A DNA stretch of 59,798 nt, filler included. It is 4 parts of 4 records of this genome, joined end to end, with 100 filler letters (N's around TTAATTAATTAA, not from the genome) between each part and the next. Parts side by side here need not be neighbours in the genome. Positions count along the whole stretch, not along the records: positions 1 to 19,402 come from DRR723986_11682; 3 more parts are not named here. One strand, 5' to 3'. Under the pieces are notes generated by a model. That model was not told the origin of the DNA. It searched no databases and was given only the letters and a program-made list of their open reading frames with translations. Below, in pieces: positions 9,175-18,493 of the stretch. A program made the translations under genes and the position numbers. Positions within the stretch are counted from its first letter, which is position 1; the number at the start of each line of letters is the position of its first letter.

Positions 9175-10317
9175 ATGTATTTTGCAGGAAGGGACTTTAA
9201 CGAAAGTGTTTTATACGGTGGCCAGACAAAAGAACGCCGCAACCGAAGCAATTTAGACTTTCCTTATGCACTGGCAAAACGCTTTGAATTTCTTCTCTTC
9301 AGCATCTTTGTTCTGGATGCAAGAAGGAAGAAGATCGAGATTTGCTATACAATTGATGACAATCGTCAAGCCTGGGAAGCTGAACATCTTCTTGGGAACG
9401 AAATAGACACGTTCTCCCAAGTAAAAGCCAACTCCTGCACCCCCGTTACACACGACACCGAGATCCTGCATTGCACCGCAACAACACCCGATGGTTTGTC
9501 GCGCGATACAACCCTTGAAACCAACCGTGCGGCTGTTCTCATGGTCGAATTGGGAATGGGTTTGCAGCTCTATCTTGCCGCCCACGTTCCAGTCGGCTTT
9601 TCAGACAGTCTTTTCCAAGGTGTTGTTGCTTATGCGGATGACATCTTCGGCGGCTTCGAGGCCTATGCCGAGGATCTCGTTTACGGGCGAAACCGCACCG
9701 AACTGACAAGCGCGCAATACTGGATCAAACACATCAAGTCGCCAGCGCTTGTGTTCTTCGGCAATGGCTCAGTCCTTGTCAAAAACCCGGCGATGGAAAA
9801 GGTCCTGCAGAAAGGCGGCGAGCTTCGCCTCATCGACGGCAGGATCCAGGCACCGTTGAGCCTGGCACCGTTCTTTGCCCGCCACTCTCGCGACTTGCCC
9901 GTCGATGCCCCGGCAAACACCGGATCAACTCGGCAGGACCAGGCACGGGTCATGAGCATTGCCGGTGGCCCCCGCTACTTCGTGGAGGCCATCCCGTCCC
10001 AGGTGTCCGACGAGGAAACCCGGGATCCCGTCAGATCCTATTTCCGCAAGAAGGTCCTGATCACCGCGGACACCACCTCCAACGAGGTAAGCGCCGAGAC
10101 GATCAAAGCCGCCACCGGGGTCACGCATCAGCAGGCGCGCATCATCAAGAAAATAATAGACGGCAAAACCGTAAGACAAGCCGCCGAGGAAATCGGGATC
10201 AGCTACAACACCGCAAGAAATCACCTTGCGATGGCACAGCAAAGAACCGCAACAAGCTCACAAATAGAGCTCGTCAACTCGGTGACGAAAGCAATTCAAA
10301 TAGCACCAGACCAATAA
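9175..10317 (+). CDS. LuxR/CsgD-type HTH transcriptional regulator with an unrecognised sensory (PAS/GAF-like) region
   Basis: C-terminal VTHQQARIIKKIIDGKTVRQAAEEIGISYNTARNHL...SSQIELV fits a LuxR HTH. The central PALVFFGNGSVLVKNPAMEKVL segment is PAS-like. Start uncertain. Confidence 0.75.
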   Translation: MYFAGRDFNESVLYGGQTKERRNRSNLDFPYALAKRFEFLLFSIFVLDARRKKIEICYTIDDNRQAWEAEHLLGNEIDTFSQVKANSCTPVTHDTEILHCTATTPDGLSRDTTLETNRAAVLMVELGMGLQLYLAAHVPVGFSDSLFQGVVAYADDIFGGFEAYAEDLVYGRNRTELTSAQYWIKHIKSPALVFFGNGSVLVKNPAMEKVLQKGGELRLIDGRIQAPLSLAPFFARHSRDLPVDAPANTGSTRQDQARVMSIAGGPRYFVEAIPSQVSDEETRDPVRSYFRKKVLITADTTSNEVSAETIKAATGVTHQQARIIKKIIDGKTVRQAAEEIGISYNTARNHLAMAQQRTATSSQIELVNSVTKAIQIAPDQ

Positions 10318-10342
10318 CGTACAAAGTACAGGAACTTAGGCT

Positions 10343-12598
10343 ATGCTGAACTTACTTTTATACGTATTCGCGACGATAGCGACCATCGCTACATTTTTCA
10401 TCGTCACGCTGCCGCTTTCGGTTGAAGTTCAACTCTTTCTCGGCCTCTTCGTTCTGGTTGCCATGCAATTCACGAAGGTCTTGCCGGGCACTCTGGGACG
10501 CGTCACGTTTCTGACGCTCGGAGGGGTGCTGGTCGGCCGTTACGTTTACTGGCGCGTGACACAAACGGTTCCGCCGATCGAGAATTTTTACGACTTCGTT
10601 CCCGGCGTCCTGCTGCTTGTTGCAGAGCTCTTCTGCATCTTGATGTTCTTCCTGTCGGCGCTCATCGTCTCCGACCGCTATGAGCGTCCCCGCAAGGTGC
10701 AGAACTCCGACGCCGATGCTCCGACCGTCGACGTGTTCATTCCCAGCTACAACGAGGATCCAGGCCTCGTCGCCTGCACCATCGCCGCTGCCAAGAACAT
10801 GGACTATCCGAAGGACAAGTTCCGTGTGTTCCTTCTGGACGATGGCGCAACGCTTCAGAAGCTGAATTCCACGGACCAGAAGGCCGCCCTCGCCGCTTAT
10901 GAGCGCAGCCAGGAATTCAAGCGGATCTGCGAAGATCTCGGTGCGACATATCTTGCTCGTGAACGCAACGAACACGCCAAGGCCGGAAACCTCAACTACG
11001 GCCTGTCTCGGTCGGAAGGTGATCTCGTGGTGGTCTTCGACGCCGATCACGCACCGGCACGGGAGTTCCTGCGCGAAACCGTCGCCTACTTCAAGGACCC
11101 CGAACTGTTCCTGGTTCAGACACCGCACTTCTTCCTCAATCCGGATCCGATCGAGCGCAATCTGCGCACCTACAACATCATGCCCTCGGAGAACGACATG
11201 TTCTACGGCATGATCCAGAAGGGTCTCGACAAATGGGACGCCACCTTCTTCTGCGGCTCCGGCGCCGTCCTGCGGCGTGCAGCCCTCAATGAAGTCGGCG
11301 GTTTTTCGGGCGTCTCGATCACGGAAGACTGCGAAACCGCTCTCGAGCTGCATTCGCGCGGCTGGAAGAGCGCCTATGTCGATCGTCCGATGATCGCCGG
11401 CCTGCAGCCTGACACCCTCGCCTCGTTCATCGGCCAGCGGTCCCGCTGGTGCCGGGGCATGCTGCAGATCCTGATGCTCAAGAACCCGATGTTCAAGCCG
11501 GGCCTGAGCTTCATGCAGCGCGTCGCCTACATGTCCAGCGCCATGTTCTGGCTGTTCCCGTTCCCGCGGCTGGTGTTCCTGCTGGCGCCGTTGATGTTCA
11601 TCCTCTTCAACATGAAGATCTACATCGCCTCGCCGCAGGAATTCCTGGCCTACACGATGACCTACATCCTTGCGGTGGTGACGATCCAGTCCGGCCTCTA
11701 TGGCAAGCTCAGGTGGCCCTGGATCTCCGAACTCTACGAGTACATCCAGTCAATCTACCTGTTCCCGGCGATCTTCTCCGTGCTGATGAACCCGCGTGCG
11801 CCGAAGTTCAACGTCACGACCAAGGGTGAAACACTCGAAGAAGAACAGCTGTCGGTCATCGCATGGCCCTACATCATCGTCTTCGCGGTCATGCTCCTCA
11901 CGACCGGCGTGCTGGCCTGGCGGCTGCAGAACGACACCGGCCAGACTGCCCTGCTTGGTGTTGTCGGCATCTGGCATGTCTTCAACCTGATCATTGCCGG
12001 TGCAGCCCTCGGCGCCATCCTGGAACGGAAGGAAGTCAGAACCGCACCGCGTATCCGGGTCCATCGCAAGGCGACGCTCCGCCTTCGTGACGAGACCATC
12101 CCCGTCAATCTGATGGAATCCAACACCAACGGCCTGCTCCTTCAGCTTGAAAGAGCACCAGCGTGGGGGAACGTGCTCGGCGACAACGGCCACCTGACAT
12201 TCCATCCCCGTCAATCTCTGGACCGGTCAGCCGATGCGACGCCGGAACCTGACGCCGCGCTTGCCGAAACAGGCATCAACATTCGTGTCGCCTCCCAGCG
12301 GGCCGGCTCGAAGGGAATTCTGATCGGCGCCGCCTATCTCGATACCGTCGCTACGCGAGCGATCGTTTCCAGCGACGTGATGTTTGCCGACCTGACAATA
12401 CCGAGAGCCCTGCACAACAGGAAGCTGACGGGATCCTCGGTGGTCGCGGGCATGATGCGCCTGACCAGATGGGCACTTTACTACGGCATTCGCGTCCCGG
12501 TCCTCGGCCTCATGACAGCCCTGCGGTCCGGCCTGAAACGCAAGCCGGCACCTGTCGAGCAGGACCTGCCTGAATCCGTCCTCGCACCTGCAGAATGA
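10343..12598 (+). CDS. bcsA: Cellulose synthase catalytic subunit (UDP-forming)
   Basis: PSYNE, DDG, HAKAGN, DADH, QTPH, FFCGS, TED, QRSRW and FNVTTK motifs, plus the PilZ RxxxR motif (RTAPR). Confidence 0.97.
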   Translation: MLNLLLYVFATIATIATFFIVTLPLSVEVQLFLGLFVLVAMQFTKVLPGTLGRVTFLTLGGVLVGRYVYWRVTQTVPPIENFYDFVPGVLLLVAELFCILMFFLSALIVSDRYERPRKVQNSDADAPTVDVFIPSYNEDPGLVACTIAAAKNMDYPKDKFRVFLLDDGATLQKLNSTDQKAALAAYERSQEFKRICEDLGATYLARERNEHAKAGNLNYGLSRSEGDLVVVFDADHAPAREFLRETVAYFKDPELFLVQTPHFFLNPDPIERNLRTYNIMPSENDMFYGMIQKGLDKWDATFFCGSGAVLRRAALNEVGGFSGVSITEDCETALELHSRGWKSAYVDRPMIAGLQPDTLASFIGQRSRWCRGMLQILMLKNPMFKPGLSFMQRVAYMSSAMFWLFPFPRLVFLLAPLMFILFNMKIYIASPQEFLAYTMTYILAVVTIQSGLYGKLRWPWISELYEYIQSIYLFPAIFSVLMNPRAPKFNVTTKGETLEEEQLSVIAWPYIIVFAVMLLTTGVLAWRLQNDTGQTALLGVVGIWHVFNLIIAGAALGAILERKEVRTAPRIRVHRKATLRLRDETIPVNLMESNTNGLLLQLERAPAWGNVLGDNGHLTFHPRQSLDRSADATPEPDAALAETGINIRVASQRAGSKGILIGAAYLDTVATRAIVSSDVMFADLTIPRALHNRKLTGSSVVAGMMRLTRWALYYGIRVPVLGLMTALRSGLKRKPAPVEQDLPESVLAPAE

Positions 12599-14892
12599 GG
12601 ATTGAAGCAATGAAAACTCTGTATGACCTCAAAGCCGCAACCTGCCTCAAGGCAGCGCTTGTCGCCTCAACCTTGATTGCTCTGCCTGTTTCGGCAGTTG
12701 CCCAGCAGCTCGACGTATCGGTGCTCGACACCAAGACCGAAGACCGCAGCACCATCCGCCGCCTGACGGCAACCGCCGACCAGCTCCGGATGGAAGGCGA
12801 ACAGGCAGAAATCCGGCTGGCCGTCTACGCTCCCCGGGACGAGGTCCTTCTCTATCGCAAGCTTCAGGTGGACTACCTGACCGCGGTCTCGACCGCCCCG
12901 GAACATTCCAGCATGAGCATCATGGTCAACGGTCAGCCCGTTGGCGACATCGAACTCAACGCAGGCGCTCAAAGCTCCATGCGAAGCTTCGATCTCCCTC
13001 CCGGTCTGATGGTCGAGGGGTTCAACGAAATCCGGTTCGTCGCCAAACACAAGCACCGCGTGGACTGCACGATCCCCGCCACCTATGAACTGTGGACGGT
13101 GCTGAACCCGGCAAACACGGGTATCGTGTTCGATCCGGGCCCGGACAACTCACCGAAGGTGTCGGCCAGCCTTGAACTGCTGCGCGCGGTCCCGAACGAC
13201 AAGAGCGGCGCCACCAACATGCGCTTGCTGCAACTTGGTACGGCGAGCGCCGGAAATCTGGACCGGGCCCTGGCAGTTGCACAGACCGTCGCCGCTTTCG
13301 GGAAATACCATAACCCGGACATCCAGATCAGGAACGAACCTGGCAACGATGCCGGCCTGGATATCATTGTCGGCACTCGGGCCGAGCTTTCGCACGCAGG
13401 CTTTGCCGTTGGCGACACCGGCTCGGAAATCCCCGGCCTTGCTATCGTCCACCGGCCGGATACGGGCAGGGTTTCCCTGTTTCTCGCAGCAGAGAACCGC
13501 CCGGCTCTGGACAAGTCCATCGAGGCCTTCAAACAGGCCCTGCAGGCCAAGCCGATGCTGGGAAGCCGCCGGGGTATTGCCGCCTTCGAAAACAAGTTCG
13601 GCTACGAGATCGAACCCGGCGAAACGGTTTCCCTGGCAAAGATCGGCGTCAGCAGCAAACGCTTCGACGGCCGGCTTCTCCGGCAGGACTTCTCGATCCG
13701 CCTGCCGGACGACTATTTCGTCGGAGACTATGGCAAGGCCAAGCTCAGCCTGAACATCGATGCGCTGGCAAACCTGTCCAATGCCAACCGGCTGCAGGTC
13801 TTCGCCAATGGTGCAGCACTTGCGTCTGCGGAACTGACGCGTGACGGCATTTCTTCCCGCAATCCACTCGATATCCCGCTTGGCGGCTTCTCGCCCGGCT
13901 TCAACGACCTGCGCATCGAAGTGTCTTCCCTGACAGAAGATGATGCCACCTGCGATGTCGCGACCGGCCTCAACGGCGACCGGTTGTCGCTTGATGCGGA
14001 CACTTCGACGATCGAGTTCGATGCACTTGCCAGAATGCGCGTGACACCGAGCCTGTCTCCTTCCGACCTTCTGCCGAAAAATCCAGCAGAAAACCGGCCG
14101 ACTACTATTCAGGTGCTTGCCGACGACCCGAAAAGCCTGGAAGCCGCTGCGCAGCTTGCCGTGGCAACGGCAGCAATCACACAGCAGGTCCGGCCGATCG
14201 CCATCACGACGGCCTCCGCCTCGGTCGGCAATCAGCCGGGGCTGATTGTTGCCCCGGTCAATCGCCTGTCGGGCATGGCCAAGGAAGCCTATCTGGACAC
14301 GCTCGACCCGGAAAGAACTCAAGGCTCGCGCAGTCAGGTGGGCCGCTTTTTCGGGCTGAAGTCTGTTGACGAAAACGACACCAGCCTGATGGCAAGCATC
14401 CAGCGATACGCCGGATCCGTCTGGCGCAGCGTCGGCTTCAAGCTCAATTCCGAAGTTCCGTCCGACCGCAGCTTCGCGCTGCAGGGCAACAGCATCCTGA
14501 TCGCGCAGCGCACCAAGACGCTGACATCCAAGGAAAGCTGGGTTGCCTTCATGGGAGCCCCGGTCAAGCAGGACACCTGGACTGTCGTGACCGGACTGAC
14601 GAGTGACGACATCAAGGCCAGCACGGAAACGATGCTGCGCGAAGGCAGGCTTGCCTGGCTCACCGGCGACACGTCGCTCTATAACGCGACCACCAACCGG
14701 TTTGCGTCCGAACGCCTGTCCGATCCGAACTACTTTGCCTCGCTGGCAAACCCGTCCGAGTTCAGGAACAGCCGGCTCGTCGTGGCGGGATTGGTCTCGC
14801 ACAACATGCTCGACTTCGTCGTGTTCATGCTGGCGTTCTGCCTGATCCTCGGCTTCAGCTACTACGTCTCCCTCAAACGGTCCGGACGCTGA
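12595..14892 (+). CDS. bcsB: Cellulose synthase periplasmic subunit BcsB/CelB
   Basis: Signal peptide, HRVDC...YELWT motif and a single C-terminal TM helix; ATGA overlap with bcsA. Confidence 0.9.
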   Translation: MRIEAMKTLYDLKAATCLKAALVASTLIALPVSAVAQQLDVSVLDTKTEDRSTIRRLTATADQLRMEGEQAEIRLAVYAPRDEVLLYRKLQVDYLTAVSTAPEHSSMSIMVNGQPVGDIELNAGAQSSMRSFDLPPGLMVEGFNEIRFVAKHKHRVDCTIPATYELWTVLNPANTGIVFDPGPDNSPKVSASLELLRAVPNDKSGATNMRLLQLGTASAGNLDRALAVAQTVAAFGKYHNPDIQIRNEPGNDAGLDIIVGTRAELSHAGFAVGDTGSEIPGLAIVHRPDTGRVSLFLAAENRPALDKSIEAFKQALQAKPMLGSRRGIAAFENKFGYEIEPGETVSLAKIGVSSKRFDGRLLRQDFSIRLPDDYFVGDYGKAKLSLNIDALANLSNANRLQVFANGAALASAELTRDGISSRNPLDIPLGGFSPGFNDLRIEVSSLTEDDATCDVATGLNGDRLSLDADTSTIEFDALARMRVTPSLSPSDLLPKNPAENRPTTIQVLADDPKSLEAAAQLAVATAAITQQVRPIAITTASASVGNQPGLIVAPVNRLSGMAKEAYLDTLDPERTQGSRSQVGRFFGLKSVDENDTSLMASIQRYAGSVWRSVGFKLNSEVPSDRSFALQGNSILIAQRTKTLTSKESWVAFMGAPVKQDTWTVVTGLTSDDIKASTETMLREGRLAWLTGDTSLYNATTNRFASERLSDPNYFASLANPSEFRNSRLVVAGLVSHNMLDFVVFMLAFCLILGFSYYVSLKRSGR

Positions 14893-14893
14893 C

Positions 14894-15991
14894 ATGCTGA
14901 GGCTTTGCATGACAACCGGCATGGCACTTTTCCTGTCGCTTGCTCCCGCTCACGCCGAACCGGTGTTCGGCGCCAGCGCCCGCAGCAAGGAAGCCGTGTC
15001 GCTCTGGCTGGGGTCGGCGTGGCGGGACTATACGAGCCGCCACATGTCCCCGGAAGGAGCCGTCATCGACGATGCCAATGAAGGCATCAGTCACAGCGAA
15101 GGCCAGGGTTACGGCATGGTTCTGGCCGTCGCGGTGGATGACCGCGAGACCTTCAAGCTGATCCGCGACTACACCTACGAGAACCTGCAGGTGCGCAAGG
15201 ATCACCTGTTTGCCTGGAAGGTGCTGCACACGCCGGAAGGTCCCAATGTCGCCGACACCAACAACGCGACGGACGGGGACCTGCTGATCGCCTGGGCGCT
15301 GATCGAGGCCTACAAGAGCTGGGGAGATCCTGAAGACCTTGCCTCGGCAAAGGTCGTTCTGGCGGATATCGCCGCAACGCTTCTTCAGCAAACCGCCCTC
15401 GGACCGGTTCTTGTTCCCGGCAGTGAAGGGTTCGTCTCCGGCGATCATCAGACCGTCACGGTCAACCCGTCCTACTGGGTCTATCCGGCCCTCGAAACCA
15501 TCGCAGAGTTCGATACGTCCGCGAACTGGGGCGAAGTTGCGGTTGTCGGAGAGGACGTCCTGGACCTTTCCCAGAGGGCTCCAAGCTACCTGCCACCGGA
15601 TTGGGTCGATATCGGCGGCCTCAAGCTGGTGCCTTCCGATAAGTTCACACCTGAATTCGGCTACAATGCCATCCGGGTTCCGCTCTATCTCGCGCTCTCC
15701 AGAAATGCCCTGCGCGTGAAAAAGGCGGCGGATTTTTCAACGCTACGCGGCTTTGCCGATCCCCGCGGCCCATCGGTTACGCAGATCGTCACGGGCGAGC
15801 CGAAGAGTGTCATGGGTGGTATCGGTTTTCGCGCAATTGCCGCCCTGACCAGATGTATGGACAAGGCCGAGCCATTCCCGTCCGAACTGCTGCAGATCGG
15901 CACAGACGACTATTACTCCACAACACTTCAGATCTTCACGATTCTCGCAATTGCAGAGAGGTATCCGCAATGTCTTTCACCAGAATGGTAA
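14894..15991 (+). CDS. bcsZ: Endo-1,4-beta-glucanase, glycoside hydrolase family 8 (BcsZ/CelC)
   Basis: SHSEGQGYGM, NNATDGDLLIAWAL, NPSYW, PPDW, FGYNAIRVPLY and YYS motifs; signal peptide. Confidence 0.93.
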   Translation: MLRLCMTTGMALFLSLAPAHAEPVFGASARSKEAVSLWLGSAWRDYTSRHMSPEGAVIDDANEGISHSEGQGYGMVLAVAVDDRETFKLIRDYTYENLQVRKDHLFAWKVLHTPEGPNVADTNNATDGDLLIAWALIEAYKSWGDPEDLASAKVVLADIAATLLQQTALGPVLVPGSEGFVSGDHQTVTVNPSYWVYPALETIAEFDTSANWGEVAVVGEDVLDLSQRAPSYLPPDWVDIGGLKLVPSDKFTPEFGYNAIRVPLYLALSRNALRVKKAADFSTLRGFADPRGPSVTQIVTGEPKSVMGGIGFRAIAALTRCMDKAEPFPSELLQIGTDDYYSTTLQIFTILAIAERYPQCLSPEW

Positions 15992-17763
15992 TTGCCTCCT
16001 TCGCGCTGGCGTTTGCGACCAACGGTTCCCTGGCACAGTCCGCTCCGTGGGAAGCCGCGCCGCAACAACAACTGCCCGGCGGCTCTCCGTTTGTCCTGCA
16101 GGCACCTGAAACCGGTGTTTTGCCGGTCCAGCAGGCCAATGTTTCGCCTTTCGCGCTTTCGGTCACCCAGCCAGGGGCCGCACAGTCCGCAGCCCCGGCG
16201 GCCCCCGCGGCTGCCAAGGTCGATGAAACGGCCCTGCGCTACTACGCACAGAACGGTGAGATCGGCCGCGTGTCTGCGGAAATCAAGCGGCTGAAGTCTC
16301 TTCATCCGGACTGGCAACCGCCGGAAAACATCTACGACCGCAACCGGATCGAGGTGAACGAACAGCCGCTCTGGGATCTCTTCGCCACCGGCCGGACCCA
16401 GGAGCTCTACGCCAAGATCCGGGAATACATAAATCTCTACCCGGGTTATGAGCCTTCAGCCGAATTGCGCCGACAGATCATCAATGCCGAAGCGCGAAAG
16501 ACCCTCATTCAGGCGTCCGAACTGGGCAACGCCCAGGAGGTCATCAAGATCGCGGTGAAGAACTCCGATCTTCTGACCTGCCAGGAAATCGACATTATCT
16601 GGCGGACAGCCAGAGCTCTCAACGAGACCGGTCAGGACGTCAAGGCGCTCGAAGCCTACAAGTACATCCTTGCCAACTGCGCCAATGAGGACGAGCGCAA
16701 GGCCACCGTGCAAAAGGCTGCCGAAGTACTGCCGCGCAACGCGGTGGAGCAGCTTGTCGCCTACGGCAGAACCGGATTGGACGGTCGCTCGGAATTCAAC
16801 GAAATCTACCTGGACCTGTTGCGTGGTGAAGTTGGCGAGGGCGCCACCGATCCCGCCATGCTGGTCGACAAATCGGATCTGGACGCACTCGCCAATTCGG
16901 CTGCAAAACTCCAGAACCCGAACGATGCCGAACTTCTTGGCTGGTATTACTATTCCCGCGAAGAGTTCAAGACCGCCACCAAATGGTTCCAGACAGCCTA
17001 CAAGCTTCGCCCCTCGCCAAAGGCCATCGAAGGCATGGTCGTCTCCATGAAGGAAGATGGCGAATACGAGGAAGCCGAGGAACTTGCCTACAAGAACCGG
17101 CGCAAGGATCCGCTCATCCTCAAGGCATATCTGGAAGTCGTTTCGATCCAGCTTCTGGAAGGCTATGGCACCGAGATGGATTTCAAGCGCCTGTCGAGAT
17201 TTGCGAACGTCGTCCAGGATGCGCAATCGCCGATTGCCGCCCAGGTGTTCGGCTGGCACTTCTACAACATGCTTGAACTCGATGAAGCTGAAATCTGGTT
17301 TGCCAAGTCGATGGAGTTCCAGCCGAACGAATCCGCGGCCGTCGGCCAGATCGTGGTTGCTCAGCGCAAAAAGCAGAAAGCCCGCGAACGACAGTTGATC
17401 GCGCAATGGTCAACCAAATTCCCGGCGATCAAGACCCTCGGCGGCGCACAGCTTGCGTCCGCTTCCGAAGAACGCAGCCGCTCCTCTGGCGGATCGCGCT
17501 CCTCCGGGTCTTCCTACCTGCGCTCTGCCGAACAGGAGATCAGCACCGGAGATTATGCAGGCGCTCTGCCGTACCTTGAAAGAAACGCAATGAGCGGGCG
17601 CGAAAGCCGCAAGGCAAAACTGCTTCGGGCCTGGGCGCTGTATCACACGGGCCGGTCGAAAGAGGCGCACAAGCTCTTCGCGGAAGCCGACAAGGCGGGA
17701 TCCACGACCGAAACCCGCCAGGGCAAGTGGTTCTCTGAAAAGAAGATGTACCGCTACAACTAA
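15970..17763 (+). CDS. TPR-rich cellulose biosynthesis protein (CelG/BcsK/BcsC-like, no beta-barrel)
   Basis: Signal peptide from the ATG at 15970 (MSFTRMVIASFALAFA), DETALRYYA motif and helical TPR-like repeats (LGWYYY, FGWHFY). Last gene of a celABCG-like order. Confidence 0.78.
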   Translation: MSFTRMVIASFALAFATNGSLAQSAPWEAAPQQQLPGGSPFVLQAPETGVLPVQQANVSPFALSVTQPGAAQSAAPAAPAAAKVDETALRYYAQNGEIGRVSAEIKRLKSLHPDWQPPENIYDRNRIEVNEQPLWDLFATGRTQELYAKIREYINLYPGYEPSAELRRQIINAEARKTLIQASELGNAQEVIKIAVKNSDLLTCQEIDIIWRTARALNETGQDVKALEAYKYILANCANEDERKATVQKAAEVLPRNAVEQLVAYGRTGLDGRSEFNEIYLDLLRGEVGEGATDPAMLVDKSDLDALANSAAKLQNPNDAELLGWYYYSREEFKTATKWFQTAYKLRPSPKAIEGMVVSMKEDGEYEEAEELAYKNRRKDPLILKAYLEVVSIQLLEGYGTEMDFKRLSRFANVVQDAQSPIAAQVFGWHFYNMLELDEAEIWFAKSMEFQPNESAAVGQIVVAQRKKQKARERQLIAQWSTKFPAIKTLGGAQLASASEERSRSSGGSRSSGSSYLRSAEQEISTGDYAGALPYLERNAMSGRESRKAKLLRAWALYHTGRSKEAHKLFAEADKAGSTTETRQGKWFSEKKMYRYN

Positions 17764-17768
17764 AACAA

Positions 17769-17840
17769 CTGGTCTCTTCCCGCACGAGACCAGAAGCCCG
17801 GGCTCCTTTCCGGCTACGCAAGCTGAAGGGAGCCCGGGCC
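17769..17840. terminator. Two tandem stem-loops between the convergent bcs operon and hpaR
   Basis: CTGGTCTC...GAGACCAG and GCCCGGGCTCC...GGAGCCCGGGC inverted repeats. Confidence 0.6.
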
Positions 17841-17938
17841 GTTTCCGGCCCATAGTCGGCATCCGGTGCCGGGCCTTCAGCGCGAATACCGGCCTCGATC
17901 AGAAATCCGGCCCAGCCCCAGGCTCAGTCCCTAGCCTC

Positions 17939-18391
17939 TTACAGCTTCTGGAAATCCTCCAGAATGTCGAGCAGCTGTGTCAGTTTCTCCTTGCCGATGA
18001 CCTCTTCTATGCGCGCCGCGATTGCCTTGGCGTCATCGAGCTTATCCTCGATGATTGCCTGTCCGGCCGGCGTAATCGCCACCGTTTGCTTGCGCCGGTC
18101 CTTCTCGTCCGCCTGACGGGTCACCAGCCCCTTTTCCAGAAGCGTCTGAACGATCCTGGTCTGGCTGGGGAGCAACAGACAGGCCCGCTCTGCCAGGGTC
18201 GAGGCATCCTGTGGACCGAATTCTTCCAGCACCCGCAGGATGCGCCACTGCTGTTCGGTGATGCCGCAGTCGGAGAGCATCTCGCGGATCGGGCCCATGA
18301 CCTTCTCGCGCGCCCGGATCAGCGCAATCGGGATGGAGCGTCTTGTGGACGGCAGCGCCGGGCCGTCAGCGGGTTCAGTGTCGTCGATCAT
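17939..18391 (-). CDS. hpaR: Homoprotocatechuate degradation operon repressor HpaR (MarR family)
   Basis: RSIPIALIRAREKVM, ITEQQWRILRVL, LLLPSQTRI and DRRK motifs; divergent from hpaF-hpaE. Confidence 0.92.
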   Translation of the reverse strand: MIDDTEPADGPALPSTRRSIPIALIRAREKVMGPIREMLSDCGITEQQWRILRVLEEFGPQDASTLAERACLLLPSQTRIVQTLLEKGLVTRQADEKDRRKQTVAITPAGQAIIEDKLDDAKAIAARIEEVIGKEKLTQLLDILEDFQKL

Positions 18392-18434
18392 GCAAGGTCC
18401 ATAGCGAATTGGCAGATTATTAGACACAAAAAGT

Positions 18435-18473
18435 TTGACAGTTTCGATCTCATATATTTAACATAGCAAATAT
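18435..18473 (+). promoter_or_regulatory. Sigma70 promoter (TTGACA-N18-TAACAT) overlapped by a candidate HpaR operator ATATTT-AACATAGC-AAATAT
   Basis: TTGACA at 18435-18440, TAACAT at 18459-18464 and a palindrome at 18454-18473, upstream of hpaF. Confidence 0.6.
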
Positions 18474-18493
18474 TGCACTGTTAAGGAAATCCC

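Noticed and set aside
8365-9251. Small ORFs in the intergenic region before the LuxR-type gene
   Set aside because: Atypical composition with no RBS or motif support; the region is better explained as regulatory DNA.
13150-14922. 590-aa minus-strand ORF, and similar long ORFs at 21226-22563, 26526-27884, 55207-56781 and 57672-59309
   Set aside because: All lie antisense to well-supported genes and have no recognisable domains.
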